Shown: positions 1 to 11,145, numbered from the stretch's first letter. The stretch is DNA of 64,000 nt from an uncultured delta proteobacterium (GCA_963699755.1 CAVOVB010000001.1:384001-448000), one strand, 5' to 3'. Made by a program: numbers and translations. Notes: generated from the sequence alone by a model not told the origin.

Positions 1-639
1 GGCGCGTTTTCCGCCGCCGCGCTCCACATCGTGGCGCATTCGCTCTACAAAGCGCATGCATTCCTCTCATCGGGTAGCGTCATCGACCTTTCGAGGGCTT
101 CTTGGGTTGCCAAACCTCACGGCAAGCCGCACCCATGGCGTCTGGTCATCGCGCTCACGGGCGCGGTCGGCATCACCTGGGGGGTGAGCCTCGCGTTCGG
201 CGCCTCCCTGACGCAAGCGCCCGGCATCTTCGCGCTCGGCGCGATCATGGTCATGGGCGTGACGCATCTGGTGGCCAATGCGATCGATGAACGCCCGAAC
301 GCCTTTGTCATCGCCCGAGGCATCGGGCTAGCCGCTGGGGTCGCAGTCGCATACTTCGCCCTTCAACTCGGAGCCGAGCAGCTCATGACAGGAAGCCTAC
401 CTTCGAAGCAGGCGCTCCGCGGTCCCTTTGATCTCGCCATCGTCGCGGTAGTGGTCGTCCTATTCGGCGCGGTGACAGTCCTACAGAACACGATGCCGTA
501 TCGCATGTCCAATCCCCGATGGCAGGCGTTCTACGTTCACCTCTTCAACGGCCTCTACGTCAACGCAATCACCAACCGTCTCGTTCAGCGCTGGTGGCCG
601 GTCGGCCCGGCCTCTGCCGCAAAGGGAGTTCATCCATGA
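1..639 (+). CDS. dabB: DabB-like NuoL/ND5-family membrane subunit of DAB inorganic carbon pump (5'-truncated by window)
   Basis: Open from base 1; HIVAHSLYKAHAFL motif of NuoL/MrpA family; TGA overlaps ATG of dabA (ATGA 636-639). Confidence 0.85.
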   Translation, partial: GAFSAAALHIVAHSLYKAHAFLSSGSVIDLSRASWVAKPHGKPHPWRLVIALTGAVGITWGVSLAFGASLTQAPGIFALGAIMVMGVTHLVANAIDERPNAFVIARGIGLAAGVAVAYFALQLGAEQLMTGSLPSKQALRGPFDLAIVAVVVVLFGAVTVLQNTMPYRMSNPRWQAFYVHLFNGLYVNAITNRLVQRWWPVGPASAAKGVHP

Positions 640-3182
640 GTCAACCCATCGCCCAGGAGCTGTCGCAAGCGCAATCCATCGAAGCGGTCCTTCCGGTTTC
701 TTCTCCAAACGATTCTCGGCCCGTGACACCGTATGCCCTCGACGCGGTGCTCAGCACCGCGCGCAGTCGAATCGCGCCCCTCTGGCCTCTCCAACACTTC
801 GTCGCGGTGAATCCGTTCCTCGGTCTGTCGAGCGAGCGCTTCGAGGAGGCCTGCGCCACCATGCGACGGGTCGCGGGTGCGGACATGCTCATGTCGCGCG
901 CCTACTATCGAACGCTCCTAGCAGAAGGTCGGATCACCAAGCGAGACCTCGCGGGCGCTCTTCGCAGGGCGGAATCAATTCCGGGAGCCCCGAAGGATCT
1001 CGCAGAGCTCGGTCGCGCAATCGAAGTCGACCCGGGCTCGTGCGACCCGATCGCGTGCACCGTGGCCGATGTCGTCGCCCATGTGCATGGCCACGTGGCC
1101 TCGGCTTCCGTCGTCGAGGAGATCTCGAAATGGTGCGCGGCGTACTGGGACGAGGGACAGGCCGCATGGCGCATGCCTTGGCGAAGCCTACCCCTCTACT
1201 CGGCATGGCGCGCCGCATCCGGTCTCGACCGGACCCCCGAGGTGATCGGTTTCCACGGCTTCCGCGATGCGATCGCAGCGCTCCCAGACGACCCGATCGA
1301 TACGATCGAGACCATCCTGGAAACGTTGGGGGTCTCCGGTCCTGCGCTCGACCTCTACCTTCATCGAGCGCTCTTCAGCGTCCGGGGCTGGGTCGCGTAC
1401 GCCCGATATCTCGGTTGGAGCCAGGAGCTCGATGGCGAAGCGGATGATGCCGTGAGCCAGCTCCTCGCGATTCGGCTCGCATGGGACTACGCGCTATTCA
1501 GACTCCATGAAGAAGGGCCCGTTGGTAGCGCATGGACGGCTGCCGTGCGCTCGATGGCCGACTCGGCCAGAGCGGGGGCGCCGCCCGATCGTGACCTGCT
1601 GATCGACGGGATTCTCCAGACCGCGTTCGAGCTCTCGTTTCAGCGTGACTTGGTCGAGAAGCTTGCGGCTGCGCCCGCGGCCCCAGCCGTCACCTTGATG
1701 CGCGCACCGGTGCAGGCTGCCTTTTGCATCGATGTGCGGTCCGAAGTCTTTCGACGCGCGCTCGAGGCAGCGGCACCGGCGGTTCAAACGATAGGATTCG
1801 CCGGCTTCTTCGGATTCCCCATCGAATACGTGCCCATCGGACGGCAGAGCGGAACCGCGCAGTGCCCCGTTCTTCTGAAGCCGAAGTTCGTCGTTTGTGA
1901 GGAAGTGGCCGAAGCCGACGAAGAGGAGAGAACCGAGATCCTCGGCCTCCGTTTGCTCCGTCGCCGCGCCGCCAAGGCATGGAAGTCGTTCAAGAGCTCG
2001 GCGGTCTCCTCGTTCGTCTACGTCGAGACGGCGGGGCTCGCATTCGCGGCAAAGCTCGTCGGCGATGCCACCGGAATCACGCGCACCGTGACCCATCCGA
2101 GCGCCGACGGGCTCGATCCCAAAGTCGTCTCGCGCATCGGACCGGAAATCGAACCGGGCACCCTTGCGGGGCGCGCGACAGGGTTGACCGAGAGCCAGCG
2201 CATCGAAACCGCAGCCGGCGTGCTCAAAGCGATGTCGTTGACCAATGGTTTTGCCCGACTCGTCGTGCTGGCGGGTCATGGAAGCACCACGGTGAACAAC
2301 CCCCACGCATCTGGTTACGACTGCGGCGCCTGCGGCGGCAACCCCGGCGGGGCGAACGCTCGAGTGGCCGCGTCGATCCTCAACGACCCTGCCGTCCGCG
2401 CTGGCCTTGCGGAACGTGGGATCGTCATTCCGGCCGATACCTGTTTCCTCGGATGCCTGCACGACACGACCACCGACGGGGTGACGATCTTCGATCGTCA
2501 TGAGATCCCATCCTCCCACGCTTCGGACCTCGAACGGCTGGAAACCTGGCTCACAGAGGCCTCTTCGCTCGCGCGCGCGGAACGGGCAGTGCTTCTCGAC
2601 GTCCCTGCGACCGTCGAGCTCGATACAGCGATCGTGAAGCGCAGTCGGGACTGGTCGCAGGTCCGACCGGAATGGGGTCTCGCCGGCAACGCCGCGTTCA
2701 TCGCCGCGCCGCGCGAACGCACGCGGGGCATCGACCTTGGAGGCCGAGTCTTCCTGCACGACTATCGCTGGCAACAAGACGATGGCTGGAACGTTCTCGA
2801 GTTGATTCTGACGGCCCCCATGGTGGTCGCGAGCTGGATCAATCTCCAGTACTACGGGTCCTCGGTGAACCAGGAAGCCTTCGGCTCTGGAAACAAGGTG
2901 CTCCACAACGTCGTCGGCACCCTCGGCGTTCTCGAGGGCAACGGGGGGGACCTCAAAGTAGGCCTCCCCTGGCAAACTCTGCACGACGGCGAACGTCTGG
3001 TTCACGAGCCCTTGCGCCTGAGCGTGTTCATCGAAGCTCCAAGCGATCAGATCGACGCGATCCTGAAGAAGCACGACGCCGTCCGCGAGCTCGTCGACAA
3101 TGGTTGGGTGCACTTGTTCGCGCTGACCCAGGGAGGCCGGTCCTGCCTTCGCCGTACAGGAGAGGGTCTGTGGGTGACCTAG
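636..3182 (+). CDS. dabA: DabA (DUF2309/UPF0753) beta-carbonic-anhydrase-like subunit of DAB pump
   Basis: IAPLWPLQHFVAVNPF, FCIDVRSE, GHGS, CGACGG, DWSQVRPEWGLAGNA, HEPLRL motifs. Confidence 0.92.
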   Translation: MSQPIAQELSQAQSIEAVLPVSSPNDSRPVTPYALDAVLSTARSRIAPLWPLQHFVAVNPFLGLSSERFEEACATMRRVAGADMLMSRAYYRTLLAEGRITKRDLAGALRRAESIPGAPKDLAELGRAIEVDPGSCDPIACTVADVVAHVHGHVASASVVEEISKWCAAYWDEGQAAWRMPWRSLPLYSAWRAASGLDRTPEVIGFHGFRDAIAALPDDPIDTIETILETLGVSGPALDLYLHRALFSVRGWVAYARYLGWSQELDGEADDAVSQLLAIRLAWDYALFRLHEEGPVGSAWTAAVRSMADSARAGAPPDRDLLIDGILQTAFELSFQRDLVEKLAAAPAAPAVTLMRAPVQAAFCIDVRSEVFRRALEAAAPAVQTIGFAGFFGFPIEYVPIGRQSGTAQCPVLLKPKFVVCEEVAEADEEERTEILGLRLLRRRAAKAWKSFKSSAVSSFVYVETAGLAFAAKLVGDATGITRTVTHPSADGLDPKVVSRIGPEIEPGTLAGRATGLTESQRIETAAGVLKAMSLTNGFARLVVLAGHGSTTVNNPHASGYDCGACGGNPGGANARVAASILNDPAVRAGLAERGIVIPADTCFLGCLHDTTTDGVTIFDRHEIPSSHASDLERLETWLTEASSLARAERAVLLDVPATVELDTAIVKRSRDWSQVRPEWGLAGNAAFIAAPRERTRGIDLGGRVFLHDYRWQQDDGWNVLELILTAPMVVASWINLQYYGSSVNQEAFGSGNKVLHNVVGTLGVLEGNGGDLKVGLPWQTLHDGERLVHEPLRLSVFIEAPSDQIDAILKKHDAVRELVDNGWVHLFALTQGGRSCLRRTGEGLWVT

Positions 3183-3746
3183 CGCAACTCGACGCAGAGT
3201 CGATCTTCGTCATTCGAGAAACCGCTGCCCAGCTCCAAGAATCTGCTTCGCGTCGACACGGGTAAGAAGTTCCGCGTGTGCCGATCTTGGCAGAGCTTTG
3301 TCACTGCCTTCTCCATACCATCTGGTAGACAGATGACGACTAGTTCGTAGAGAGATGGACGGTCGCAACCAGACTCTGATGCAGGCGACGGGCTCGGTTG
3401 CGGAGCAGGGTCACGATGTAACCTCCGTGCAGAAGATCGCCGTTCACCGAAGAGCGCCTCGACGCGACCATGCATGCGCTCAGCGAGTTTCTTCATCGAG
3501 TACCCGGACCGCGCTCGGCTGTTTCTGCGCAAGATCCTCGAAACGAACTTCTTCTTGCGATCGCCCCATGACTTCAAGGTGCGAAGCGACAGTCTTGCGT
3601 TTCGAGGCGCACAAACGCAAAGGTTGCGAGGCACTTAATTGTTTACTTGTCTGTATTTCTTTCTCATTTCGACCCCGCTCTGAGTGGCCATCGCAGCTGC
3701 CCAGTTGGCATGTGTTGTGCCCGTGTGGTTGCCAAGGGAGGTTCTG

Positions 3747-4210
3747 ATGGGCCGTCTATTTTGATGCGCGGTTTGCTCGGCTTTGGTGGCGCTTACGACT
3801 GGGTGCAATGAGGAGAACGCTGGAGCCGTTGGCATGGGCGGCACGGGAGCAACCGGTGGCGCTGGGGGGGAGCGACACCGTGATACTCTCCGTGATGACC
3901 AGCGAGGGCGAAGGCTTCGCGCCCATCGGGCCTCCGCTAGAAGGTGTCCGGCCCTGTGAGAGCGATACGGCGAACTGCGCAACGATCGACGCGGACGGCA
4001 CTCATCGCTTGGCATGGTCTCACCCGTGGAGTACGAACTACGGAACGCGTCATGAAGGGCCGCGAGTCCAGTTATCTCTCTCCGGAAAAGCCAGGACACA
4101 CCACTCCGGTAAAGCCGGGCCGATTCAGTGGTTTCGTCGAGCAAGCCACTGAGGAGTATCAAGTCGAGTATGGCGGGACCGCCACGAACTGCAGCGTCCA
4201 GATTGGGTGA
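3747..4210 (+). pseudogene. Degraded myxobacterial-type lipoprotein gene
   Basis: MGRLF*CAVCSALVALTTGCNEENAGAVGMGGTGATGGAGG: lipobox plus Gly-rich linker, in-frame TGA, frameshift in G-run near 3864-3870. Confidence 0.5.
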
Positions 4211-4531
4211 ACGGGGGATGCGCCAAGCCGGGTCAAGGTGCCCGTCAGGGCTGGGTACTTGAGTTTCGGCACCATGGTCTGTGACGAACCTTGACCTCTC
4301 TCGCGATCCTGTTCGGCCATCTCGGCGTCCGGCGTGCGAACCGCTGTTGCCATGGTCATATTCTTCCTCGCCTGGAGCTCAACGAGGAGCACGATGCCTC
4401 GGTGCTGGGGGCAGTGCTCGAAACGCCAGGAGGCGTGGCGGACGTTCGTGCTGGTCGAGATGGCCGCGAGCGTATAATCTCGTTTTCCGTTCCTCCTCGC
4501 TGAGCCACGGACAAAGCGCGGTCAGGTATTC

Positions 4532-5332
4532 ATGGAACCCAGCAAGCTAAGCGAGTACGACGACAGGCTAAACCAGTACCTGCGGCTCAATACGTTTCCG
4601 GTCGCGATCCGATTCCTGCGCAGCTGGGCCGATGTGCCCGCACGGGCAAAGCGTCCTGGCAAGGATTTGAACAATCGCTTCACCACTTGCCAGGCGATTG
4701 CGATGTCGCGTCGTTACGGCTGGGTGCTGGCGCTCGGACGGGAGGACAGCAGCTGCGTGCTTGGTGCAATGGCGCTTGGTCTCGAACGGCGCCTGCCTCA
4801 CTATGCCGAAGGCAATCTTTGTATCAACCTCTACACGGAAAATCTGCGCGCCGGACGCATCAGCGAAGAGAGCGTGCCGCGCTTTGCCGAGGGGGAGTAC
4901 GTAGGCGTGGTGACCGCTCCCTTGAACCGCGCATCGGGTACCCCAGATTCCATCGTCATCTACGGCAATGGTGCGCAGATCATGCGGCTCGGCCAAGCCT
5001 ACCTTTGGAAGCGCGGCGGCACGCTACGCAGCGAGTTCCGCGGCCGCATCGACTGCGCCGATCTCGCCATCGCTCCAGTGATCAAAGGCGAGCCGCAGAT
5101 GATCGTCCCCTGCAGTGGAGATCGGATCTTCGGGCAGGTCCAGGACCATGAAATAGCCTTTGGTTTTCCGTTCTCGTTGATGGGGGAGATCCTCGAAGGG
5201 CTCGAGGCGACACACAAGGCTGGCACCCGCTATCCAGTCACCAACTGGCTCAGCTACACCGGCGGGTTCCCACCCTCGTATGACGAGTACCGCAAGATGC
5301 TCGATGACGCCGGCCCACCCGAAAAGGACTGA
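4532..5332 (+). CDS. DUF169 family protein
   Basis: PVAIRF...TCQAIAMSRRYG...SCVLGA...DCAD...PCSGDR Cys pattern. Confidence 0.8.
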   Translation: MEPSKLSEYDDRLNQYLRLNTFPVAIRFLRSWADVPARAKRPGKDLNNRFTTCQAIAMSRRYGWVLALGREDSSCVLGAMALGLERRLPHYAEGNLCINLYTENLRAGRISEESVPRFAEGEYVGVVTAPLNRASGTPDSIVIYGNGAQIMRLGQAYLWKRGGTLRSEFRGRIDCADLAIAPVIKGEPQMIVPCSGDRIFGQVQDHEIAFGFPFSLMGEILEGLEATHKAGTRYPVTNWLSYTGGFPPSYDEYRKMLDDAGPPEKD

Positions 5333-5533
5333 CGAACGGTGGGGCTTTCGCGCCCTCCACAGAGGTCAGTTTGGGTACTTGATGAACGGCGTTCTGGGCT
5401 CGGCAACGCGGTCTTCGACGAACGGGTGCGCGGCAGCGACGTCCTCGGGATTTTCGATTCGATGGGTGACGTCTGGAGCTCCGATCTCCAGAAAGCCGCG
5501 TTCGAATCGTAGGTGATGCTAGCTCGTTGAGCG

Positions 5534-5627
5534 CATCGCGAATTCAAGCGCTCTGTCCGCGCGGGACGCCGGATGGCACAACCAGCCAGTACCGCGCAAT
5601 TCGATGGACCCAATCGGTTAAGAGAGC
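5534..5627 (+). repeat. Dispersed oriIS/xrs-like repeat, copy A
   Basis: CATCGCGAATTCAAGCGC ... CAG-TACCGCGCAATTCG ... CCCAATCGGTTAAGAGAGC. Confidence 0.65.
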
Positions 5628-5657
5628 AAATGCCGCGATCATGGCGGCGAACATCTA

Positions 5658-6713
5658 GTGACGGAAAAGGTTGTGGGGAACGACACCGCTTGGACTGCGA
5701 GCTTCCTCCTTTCTACAGACCTTCCATCGATCGCTTGGCCGACTAACATCCCCTTCGAGCCTCCAGTCCCAACGATGCTAGATCAGCAAAGCGATCGCAT
5801 GAACATGAGCGCCGAACTGCCCGACCTGGACCTCGCCGTTCGCGTCGGATACGAGATCTCCTACGAGGCCGCGGCGGCGACGCCCGCGCTGGCGACACTC
5901 AAGCCCCGTGAGGATTCCTTTCAGGCCATACGGGAGGAAAGCATTTCTTTCCAGCCCGGATTGGAATGGACGGAGTTCGAAGACGACCACGAGAACACCG
6001 TCTATCGACTCGTCCTGGAACCCGGTCTGAACGTCCTACGTTACGACGCGATCGTGAACGTCCCCAGCCAACGCGAAGACTTCCTTTGGCTCGACGATCC
6101 GCATCCGCCCCACCTGCTGCCGGCCACCATCCTTCGCTACACGGCGCCGTCGCGCTATTGCGACTCCGACAAGCTCCTCGACTTTGCGTGGAACCATTTC
6201 GGGCACCTCCCCAACGGGCTCGAACGCATCCGCGGGATCTGCACGTGGCTCAACGCCAATATCGAGTATCGCACCGGATCGGGTCGCTCGGATCTGTCGG
6301 CCTGGGAAGTCATCGAGCGCCGCTACGGTGTCTGCCGGGATCTCGCTCATGCCGCTGTCGCCCTGTGCCGTGCGTTCAACCTCCCCGCCCGGTATGTGAG
6401 CGGCTTCGTGCCCGACATCGGGGTTTTAGACCCTGGGACGATCCAAGATTTTCATGCGTACTTCGAGGTCTACATGGGAGGCCGTTGGCAGGTTTTCGAC
6501 GCGCGATTTCTCGATCCCCGTATCGGCCGAATTCGGATCTGTGCTGGTTACGATGCCGTGAACTGCGCGGTGAGCACACTCTACGGCGCGGCCGCCCTCA
6601 CCGGGTTCTACGTTTGGTCCTACCAGGTCGATCCCGCCGAGGTGCGGGTCGGCGACCCCTTGGATCTCTCCAAACGCCTTTGCGGCACCCTCGAGATCCG
6701 TCACCACCGGTGA
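5658..6713 (+). CDS. Transglutaminase-like family protein (true start probably downstream, ~5775-5805)
   Basis: PSRYCDSD, GVCRDLAH, PARYVSG, DFHAYFEVY, FDA catalytic Cys-His-Asp motifs. Confidence 0.88.
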   Translation: MTEKVVGNDTAWTASFLLSTDLPSIAWPTNIPFEPPVPTMLDQQSDRMNMSAELPDLDLAVRVGYEISYEAAAATPALATLKPREDSFQAIREESISFQPGLEWTEFEDDHENTVYRLVLEPGLNVLRYDAIVNVPSQREDFLWLDDPHPPHLLPATILRYTAPSRYCDSDKLLDFAWNHFGHLPNGLERIRGICTWLNANIEYRTGSGRSDLSAWEVIERRYGVCRDLAHAAVALCRAFNLPARYVSGFVPDIGVLDPGTIQDFHAYFEVYMGGRWQVFDARFLDPRIGRIRICAGYDAVNCAVSTLYGAAALTGFYVWSYQVDPAEVRVGDPLDLSKRLCGTLEIRHHR

Positions 6714-6759
6714 GGAAGGGGGGAGATCGCTCACGCGAGCTTAGCTCAGGGGGCGACGC

Positions 6760-7026
6760 GAGCTTGCCCCGCCCAGCTTGTTCATCGCATTCCAAATCGA
6801 ATCGGGCTGATTCGGAATCGTCCCTACGCCACGGCCACGAGCCCGGCCGCATTTTCCTTCCGCCACCGTGATCGTGTCCGCGTGCACATCCGATTCCACG
6901 CACGTCCAGCTTGTTGCATGGCTCGACACGACCGACGCCCTTCGCATGTAGCTCTGCGCTACGGTCTTTTCCGATTCGGAGCGTACACTCCGGTCTGCGA
7001 TCGGAGTCGGTCGCTACATCCTGACT
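6760..7026 (-). mobile_element. IS110-family (IS1111 group) left-end remnant with 5' transposase fragment
   Basis: Near-identical to ~48470-48725; DVHADTITVA...GTIPNQPDSI; subterminal IR GGTCGCTACAT 7009-7019; CT core 7025-7026. Confidence 0.85.
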
Positions 7027-7073
7027 AGTACCGCGAAATTCGGCACTCCGCATGAGCCCATGGTCTAAGAGAC
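7025..7073 (+). repeat. Dispersed repeat copy B (distal half, cut at CT by IS1111)
   Basis: CTAG-TACCGCGAAATTCGGCACTCCGCATGAGCCCATGGTCTAAGAG. Confidence 0.75.
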
Positions 7074-7130
7074 TCGCATCATCGCGGCCTTCTTGCGGGG
7101 AGGAACGTACGGCGTATATGCCCCGGCCGG

Positions 7131-8357
7131 ATGCAGGACTCGGGACCTAGGTCGAAGCGCAGAGTCGGACCCATGGCCCTCGCGGCCGTGGCTCTCGGCG
7201 CGTGCAGCGCTCCCCGTGCGGCGGAGGCCCAGGCGGGCGGAGACGCGACCAGTGTCCAGGCCGCCATGAAGCAGACCGAGCGACAGGTCGCCGAGGGTCT
7301 CAGCAGCGACTACAGGCTGGAGTTTGGCGATACCGATGACTGGATCGAGCTCAAGACAGGTGAGTGGCTGAGGGGCGACCTCCAGTGGCTGCGTCCAAAA
7401 GGGCTCGAAGCCGGCAAGAACGTAAACTTCTACAGCAACAAGCTCGACAGCCTGACGCTTAGTTGGGGGAGCATCGCCGGCGTCCATTCTCCCAAGATCA
7501 AGAGCTACGTGTTCAAGAACAAGACCACAGTCTCGGGCAAGGCCATGATCACCAAAGACCTGGTCATTGTCGAGACCAACGAAGGCGTCGTGACACATCC
7601 TCGCAGTGAGCTCGCCTCCATCTCCGAGGGACCGCCTCGGGAGCGGACCTGGTGGTCGACGATGCTCAGCCTCGGGTTCTCTGCCAATGCGGGAAATACG
7701 AACCAGGGTTCGCTCACCACGCAATGGAGTCTGTCGCGCCAAGATGGCCACTCGCTCGAAGCGGTCAGCTACAATGGAACCGTGGCGTACACCGACGGCG
7801 AGCTCAACGTCAATCGGCACCTCGGCGACCTCGATACCGCTCTGTTCCTCTGGGACAGTTTCTACCTGATTCCGGCCGACGCGCAGCTTCTCCACGATGC
7901 GTTCCAGAATATCAAGCTGCGAGCGACTCCAGGCGTGGGGGCCGGGGTCTATGTCTTCAAGAAGACCCGGCAGAGAAGGAACCATACGAACCAGTTCGAG
8001 TGGGACATGCAGAGCGGTCTTGGGTATCAGTTTCTCAGATTGATTTCGACCGTACCTGGAGTCGACAACCCGCAGAACGATGGATTCATCATGTTCCGAA
8101 CTCATTGGAAACTGGAGTTTCTGAATGACAACGTCGAGCTCACCATCGACTGGCGCAGCAACCTCGTCTATACGAGCTTCGGACAGACGAACCACACGGG
8201 GACGGTGGACGTGAGCATCGAAATCACGGACATGTTCAACTTCGTCAACTCGTTCCTCTTCCTGCGAACCCGGGATCCAGAGCCACGATCGGACGGGACC
8301 GTGCCCAGGAAGAACGACTATCAAGTGGTCGTCAGCCTCGCCATCAAGATCAATTGA
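7131..8357 (+). CDS. DUF481-like outer-membrane beta-barrel protein
   Basis: Signal peptide; DWIELKTGEWLRGDL N-domain; GNT motif; amphipathic strands to C-terminus. Confidence 0.7.
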   Translation: MQDSGPRSKRRVGPMALAAVALGACSAPRAAEAQAGGDATSVQAAMKQTERQVAEGLSSDYRLEFGDTDDWIELKTGEWLRGDLQWLRPKGLEAGKNVNFYSNKLDSLTLSWGSIAGVHSPKIKSYVFKNKTTVSGKAMITKDLVIVETNEGVVTHPRSELASISEGPPRERTWWSTMLSLGFSANAGNTNQGSLTTQWSLSRQDGHSLEAVSYNGTVAYTDGELNVNRHLGDLDTALFLWDSFYLIPADAQLLHDAFQNIKLRATPGVGAGVYVFKKTRQRRNHTNQFEWDMQSGLGYQFLRLISTVPGVDNPQNDGFIMFRTHWKLEFLNDNVELTIDWRSNLVYTSFGQTNHTGTVDVSIEITDMFNFVNSFLFLRTRDPEPRSDGTVPRKNDYQVVVSLAIKIN

Positions 8358-8451
8358 CACCATCCAAGTCGGGGAGCGCCCGCGGGGTGCGTAGGCTCAT
8401 CGAGCGAGACATCTTGACATTCTGGGCCAGCGCAGTGACCGCGCTCAGGTC

Positions 8452-8596
8452 ATGGGTGCACATCACAAAGCCGTAGGAATCATCACGCTCTGCGTCATTG
8501 TGCTGCTGCCGGGCAAACTATCCGCGCAAGATGAGGGCATCCAGTCGGAGACGCTGCGGGTCGGTGTGGTCGAGTTAGAGCGGTTCGCGATGAAGG
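8452..8596 (+). pseudogene. 5' end of solute-binding-protein-like gene cut by IS3
   Basis: Signal peptide then TLRVGVVELERFAMK; stops at the IS3 left end. Confidence 0.45.
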
Positions 8597-9840
8597 CCGT
8601 CAGAAGAACTCGGAGACAAGAGGGCTCTGAGTTGAGAGACACTTTGCCGAGGGCGAGAGCCCTGCTGAGGAGTGTGCCATGCCGAGAAGAGAAACGCTTC
8701 GAGTGAGGCCGCCGTGCGTGACATCTGTCGCAAGACGCGCTGGAGGTTTTCTGCGGAAGAAAAGATCCGGATCGTGCTCGACGGCCTGCGCGGTGAGGTC
8801 AGCGTGGCCGAGTTGTGCCGACGCGAAGGTATCGCCGCGAATCTGTGCTACCGCTGGAGCAAGGACTTCCTCGAGGCCGGTAAGGAGCAGCTGAGCGGCG
8901 ACACGGGGCGGGAGGCGACGAGCACCGAGGTCAAGAACCTGCGAACCGAAAACAGTGAGCTCAAGGAGGTCGTGGCGGAGATGACGCTCAAGAACCGTGT
9001 GCTCAAAAAAAGTCTGATGGGTCATGGCGACAAGGACGGCACATGAGACGCCGTGCATCCGAGATGGAACCAAGTCCCCGAGAAGGTCCGGGCCGAGGTG
9101 ATCGATTTGGCCCTCAAAAAGACGGAGCTTTCAGCCCGGGAGCTCGCGTGCCACTTCATCGATGAGCGCCAGGATTTCCTGAGCGAATCGAGCGTCTACC
9201 GCATCCTCAAGGCCGCCGATCTGATCACGAGCCCGGCGTACGTCCTGATGAGTGCGTCGGACCGCTTCAAGCATCCGACCAAGCCGGTACACGAGATCTG
9301 GCAGACCGACTTCACGTACCTGCGGGTCATCGGCTGGGGCTGGTACTACCTGTCGACGGTGATGGATGACTTCGGTGCATAGCGTCCGAGTCCGCCACCG
9401 ACCGAGGCTCCTGAGCGACAACGGTCCAGCCTACGTCTCGAAGGACCTGCAAGATTACCTGCAGGAACAGGGCATGACGCACACCCGAGGTCGCCCTTAC
9501 CACCCGCAAACACAGGGGAAGATCGAGCGCTACCACCGCTCGATGAAGAACGTCGTGAAGCTACAGCACTACTACTTCCCGTGGGAGCTGGAGGCAGCGG
9601 TGCGCGATTTCGTCGCCTACTACAACCATCGCCGCTACCACGAGTCGCTCGACAACTGCACGCCGGCGGACGTGTACTACGGCCGGCGCCACCGGGTCCT
9701 GTCCGAACGGGACAAGATCAAGCAGCTTACGATGCAACGTCGCAAAAAGGAGTACCGGGCCGCAAACGCGCGCCTAGGCCAAAACCATGAACCGTCTCTT
9801 AGCAAACGCGCCCTCTTGTCCGAAATCTTCTGGCGACGCA
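8597..9840 (+). mobile_element. IS3-family element, internally deleted
   Basis: orfA ~8672-9046 (RFSAEEKIRIVL...VAELCRREGI); orfB pieces WQTDFTY, SDNGP, QGKIERYH; imperfect IRs; sister copy at 62475-63969. Confidence 0.9.
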
Positions 9841-9873
9841 CAGCGCGCGAGATTACAGGGCCCAGGCGCTTCG

Positions 9874-11025
9874 TCAGTTGAGTGGCAGTGTGAGCACAGG
9901 CCCGGCTTTCCTCACGTTTCCGGACTGCAGCTGGAAGAGCTGATCGAGCAAGTTGAACGTCGACTTCGAGTTGAGGTCCGAGTCGTCGATGTAGAACCAG
10001 GTCCCTCGATACTCCACACGAACGAAGGCGTGGTTTGGGACCTGGTCGCTCGAGGCGACCCGAAACAGCGCATCGGTCAAGACTGGCCATTCGAACTCGG
10101 TCCCGTTGCGATATCGGGTCACGGTCACTTTGCCGGCTTCGACGTCCTGCGGCGGCGGCTCGACGCCCTGGGAGAGATAGCTCATCACGCCGATGAGCGC
10201 GCGCGGCAAAATGCCGATTTCGCGAGGCGAGCGATAGGTCGGGTTCGTCGTCAAGAAGAACTCGTTGAGGTCCGACCGGAGGCCCAGAATCTCTTTCAAG
10301 CGTTTCGATTGCTCCGCGATCTCGGGAGCGTCCCCGAATACCAGGGTCATTACAAAGGGCGTATCTGGGTCCCCGAGCGGGATCGTGCCGAGGGCCTCTT
10401 CGGGACCGAGGCGCCGGTAACGCAAATCCAAAGCGTCGGCCTGGCTCATTTCGTCGAACAGTGTTGCGACTTCGACGAATCGCTCGAAGTCCGGCGCGAG
10501 ATCAGGCGTCGGCCCAGCCGCAGTGGGCGCGTTCCACACGTCGTTGATCCGTTGGACACAGCAGCGGAGGAGACGTTCGAACCGCCAACCCGAGTGACTG
10601 AGGAGCACAATCGCCCCCATCGGCACGGGGGACAAGAGGCGGTTCACGAACGTTTCGCCTTGAAGCGGCGTGTACGTGATGGTGGGTCGGTCTTCGTAGT
10701 ACACGTCGCCGCCAACGCCACCCACTGCTTTGCTACCCCGCCCACCGATTCCGCCCACCGATGCGGAGCCTGCAACACCCATCACGTACTGGGTCGCGAC
10801 GCTCGACACTTCGATGAAATAGGGGGTGTCGCGATAGCGGAGTCGGACGAGGTTGGCGAGCATCTGCTCGTTGCGGGTATCGATGATGGCCGAGTTGTAG
10901 TCGAAGCGCGTGTTTCGGATCGATTTGGGACCGACTTTCGTGCAACTCGACAGCAAGACCACAGCCATGAGGCAGGCCAGGCGAAGAGGGGAAAAAGGGC
11001 GAGCGATTCGCAGGATTGCCGTCAT
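9874..11025 (-). CDS. Hypothetical lipoprotein
   Basis: 383-aa ORF with lipobox LSSC; RLRYRDTPYF and PTITYTPLQG segments. Confidence 0.7.
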   Translation of the reverse strand: MTAILRIARPFSPLRLACLMAVVLLSSCTKVGPKSIRNTRFDYNSAIIDTRNEQMLANLVRLRYRDTPYFIEVSSVATQYVMGVAGSASVGGIGGRGSKAVGGVGGDVYYEDRPTITYTPLQGETFVNRLLSPVPMGAIVLLSHSGWRFERLLRCCVQRINDVWNAPTAAGPTPDLAPDFERFVEVATLFDEMSQADALDLRYRRLGPEEALGTIPLGDPDTPFVMTLVFGDAPEIAEQSKRLKEILGLRSDLNEFFLTTNPTYRSPREIGILPRALIGVMSYLSQGVEPPPQDVEAGKVTVTRYRNGTEFEWPVLTDALFRVASSDQVPNHAFVRVEYRGTWFYIDDSDLNSKSTFNLLDQLFQLQSGNVRKAGPVLTLPLN

Positions 11026-11145
11026 CTCGCCGCAGAGAGTATCTCAATTCACCAGTTTGTCTTGTCCCGACTCCACAATCTTGGTTGGCCCTTTTCGTTT
11101 CGAATGGGTAAGGAGGTCCCCAAGCATTTGCTTCGGAGGTCGGCC

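Noticed and set aside
1494..3113. Long antisense ORFs (also 7065-8363, 27458-28846, 31708-32895, 42906-44477)
   Set aside because: Shadows of recognised genes in high-GC DNA; no motifs.
3240..3740. ORF fragments and partial repeat-like words (CATACCATCTGG 3314; CACAAACGC 3610)
   Set aside because: Blocks are in the wrong order and spacing for the repeat; no recognisable protein.
9787..11145. Long N-terminal extension of the 662-aa ORF
   Set aside because: Antisense shadow of the 9874-11025 gene; the TMEM175 domain starts at ATG 11146 with an RBS.
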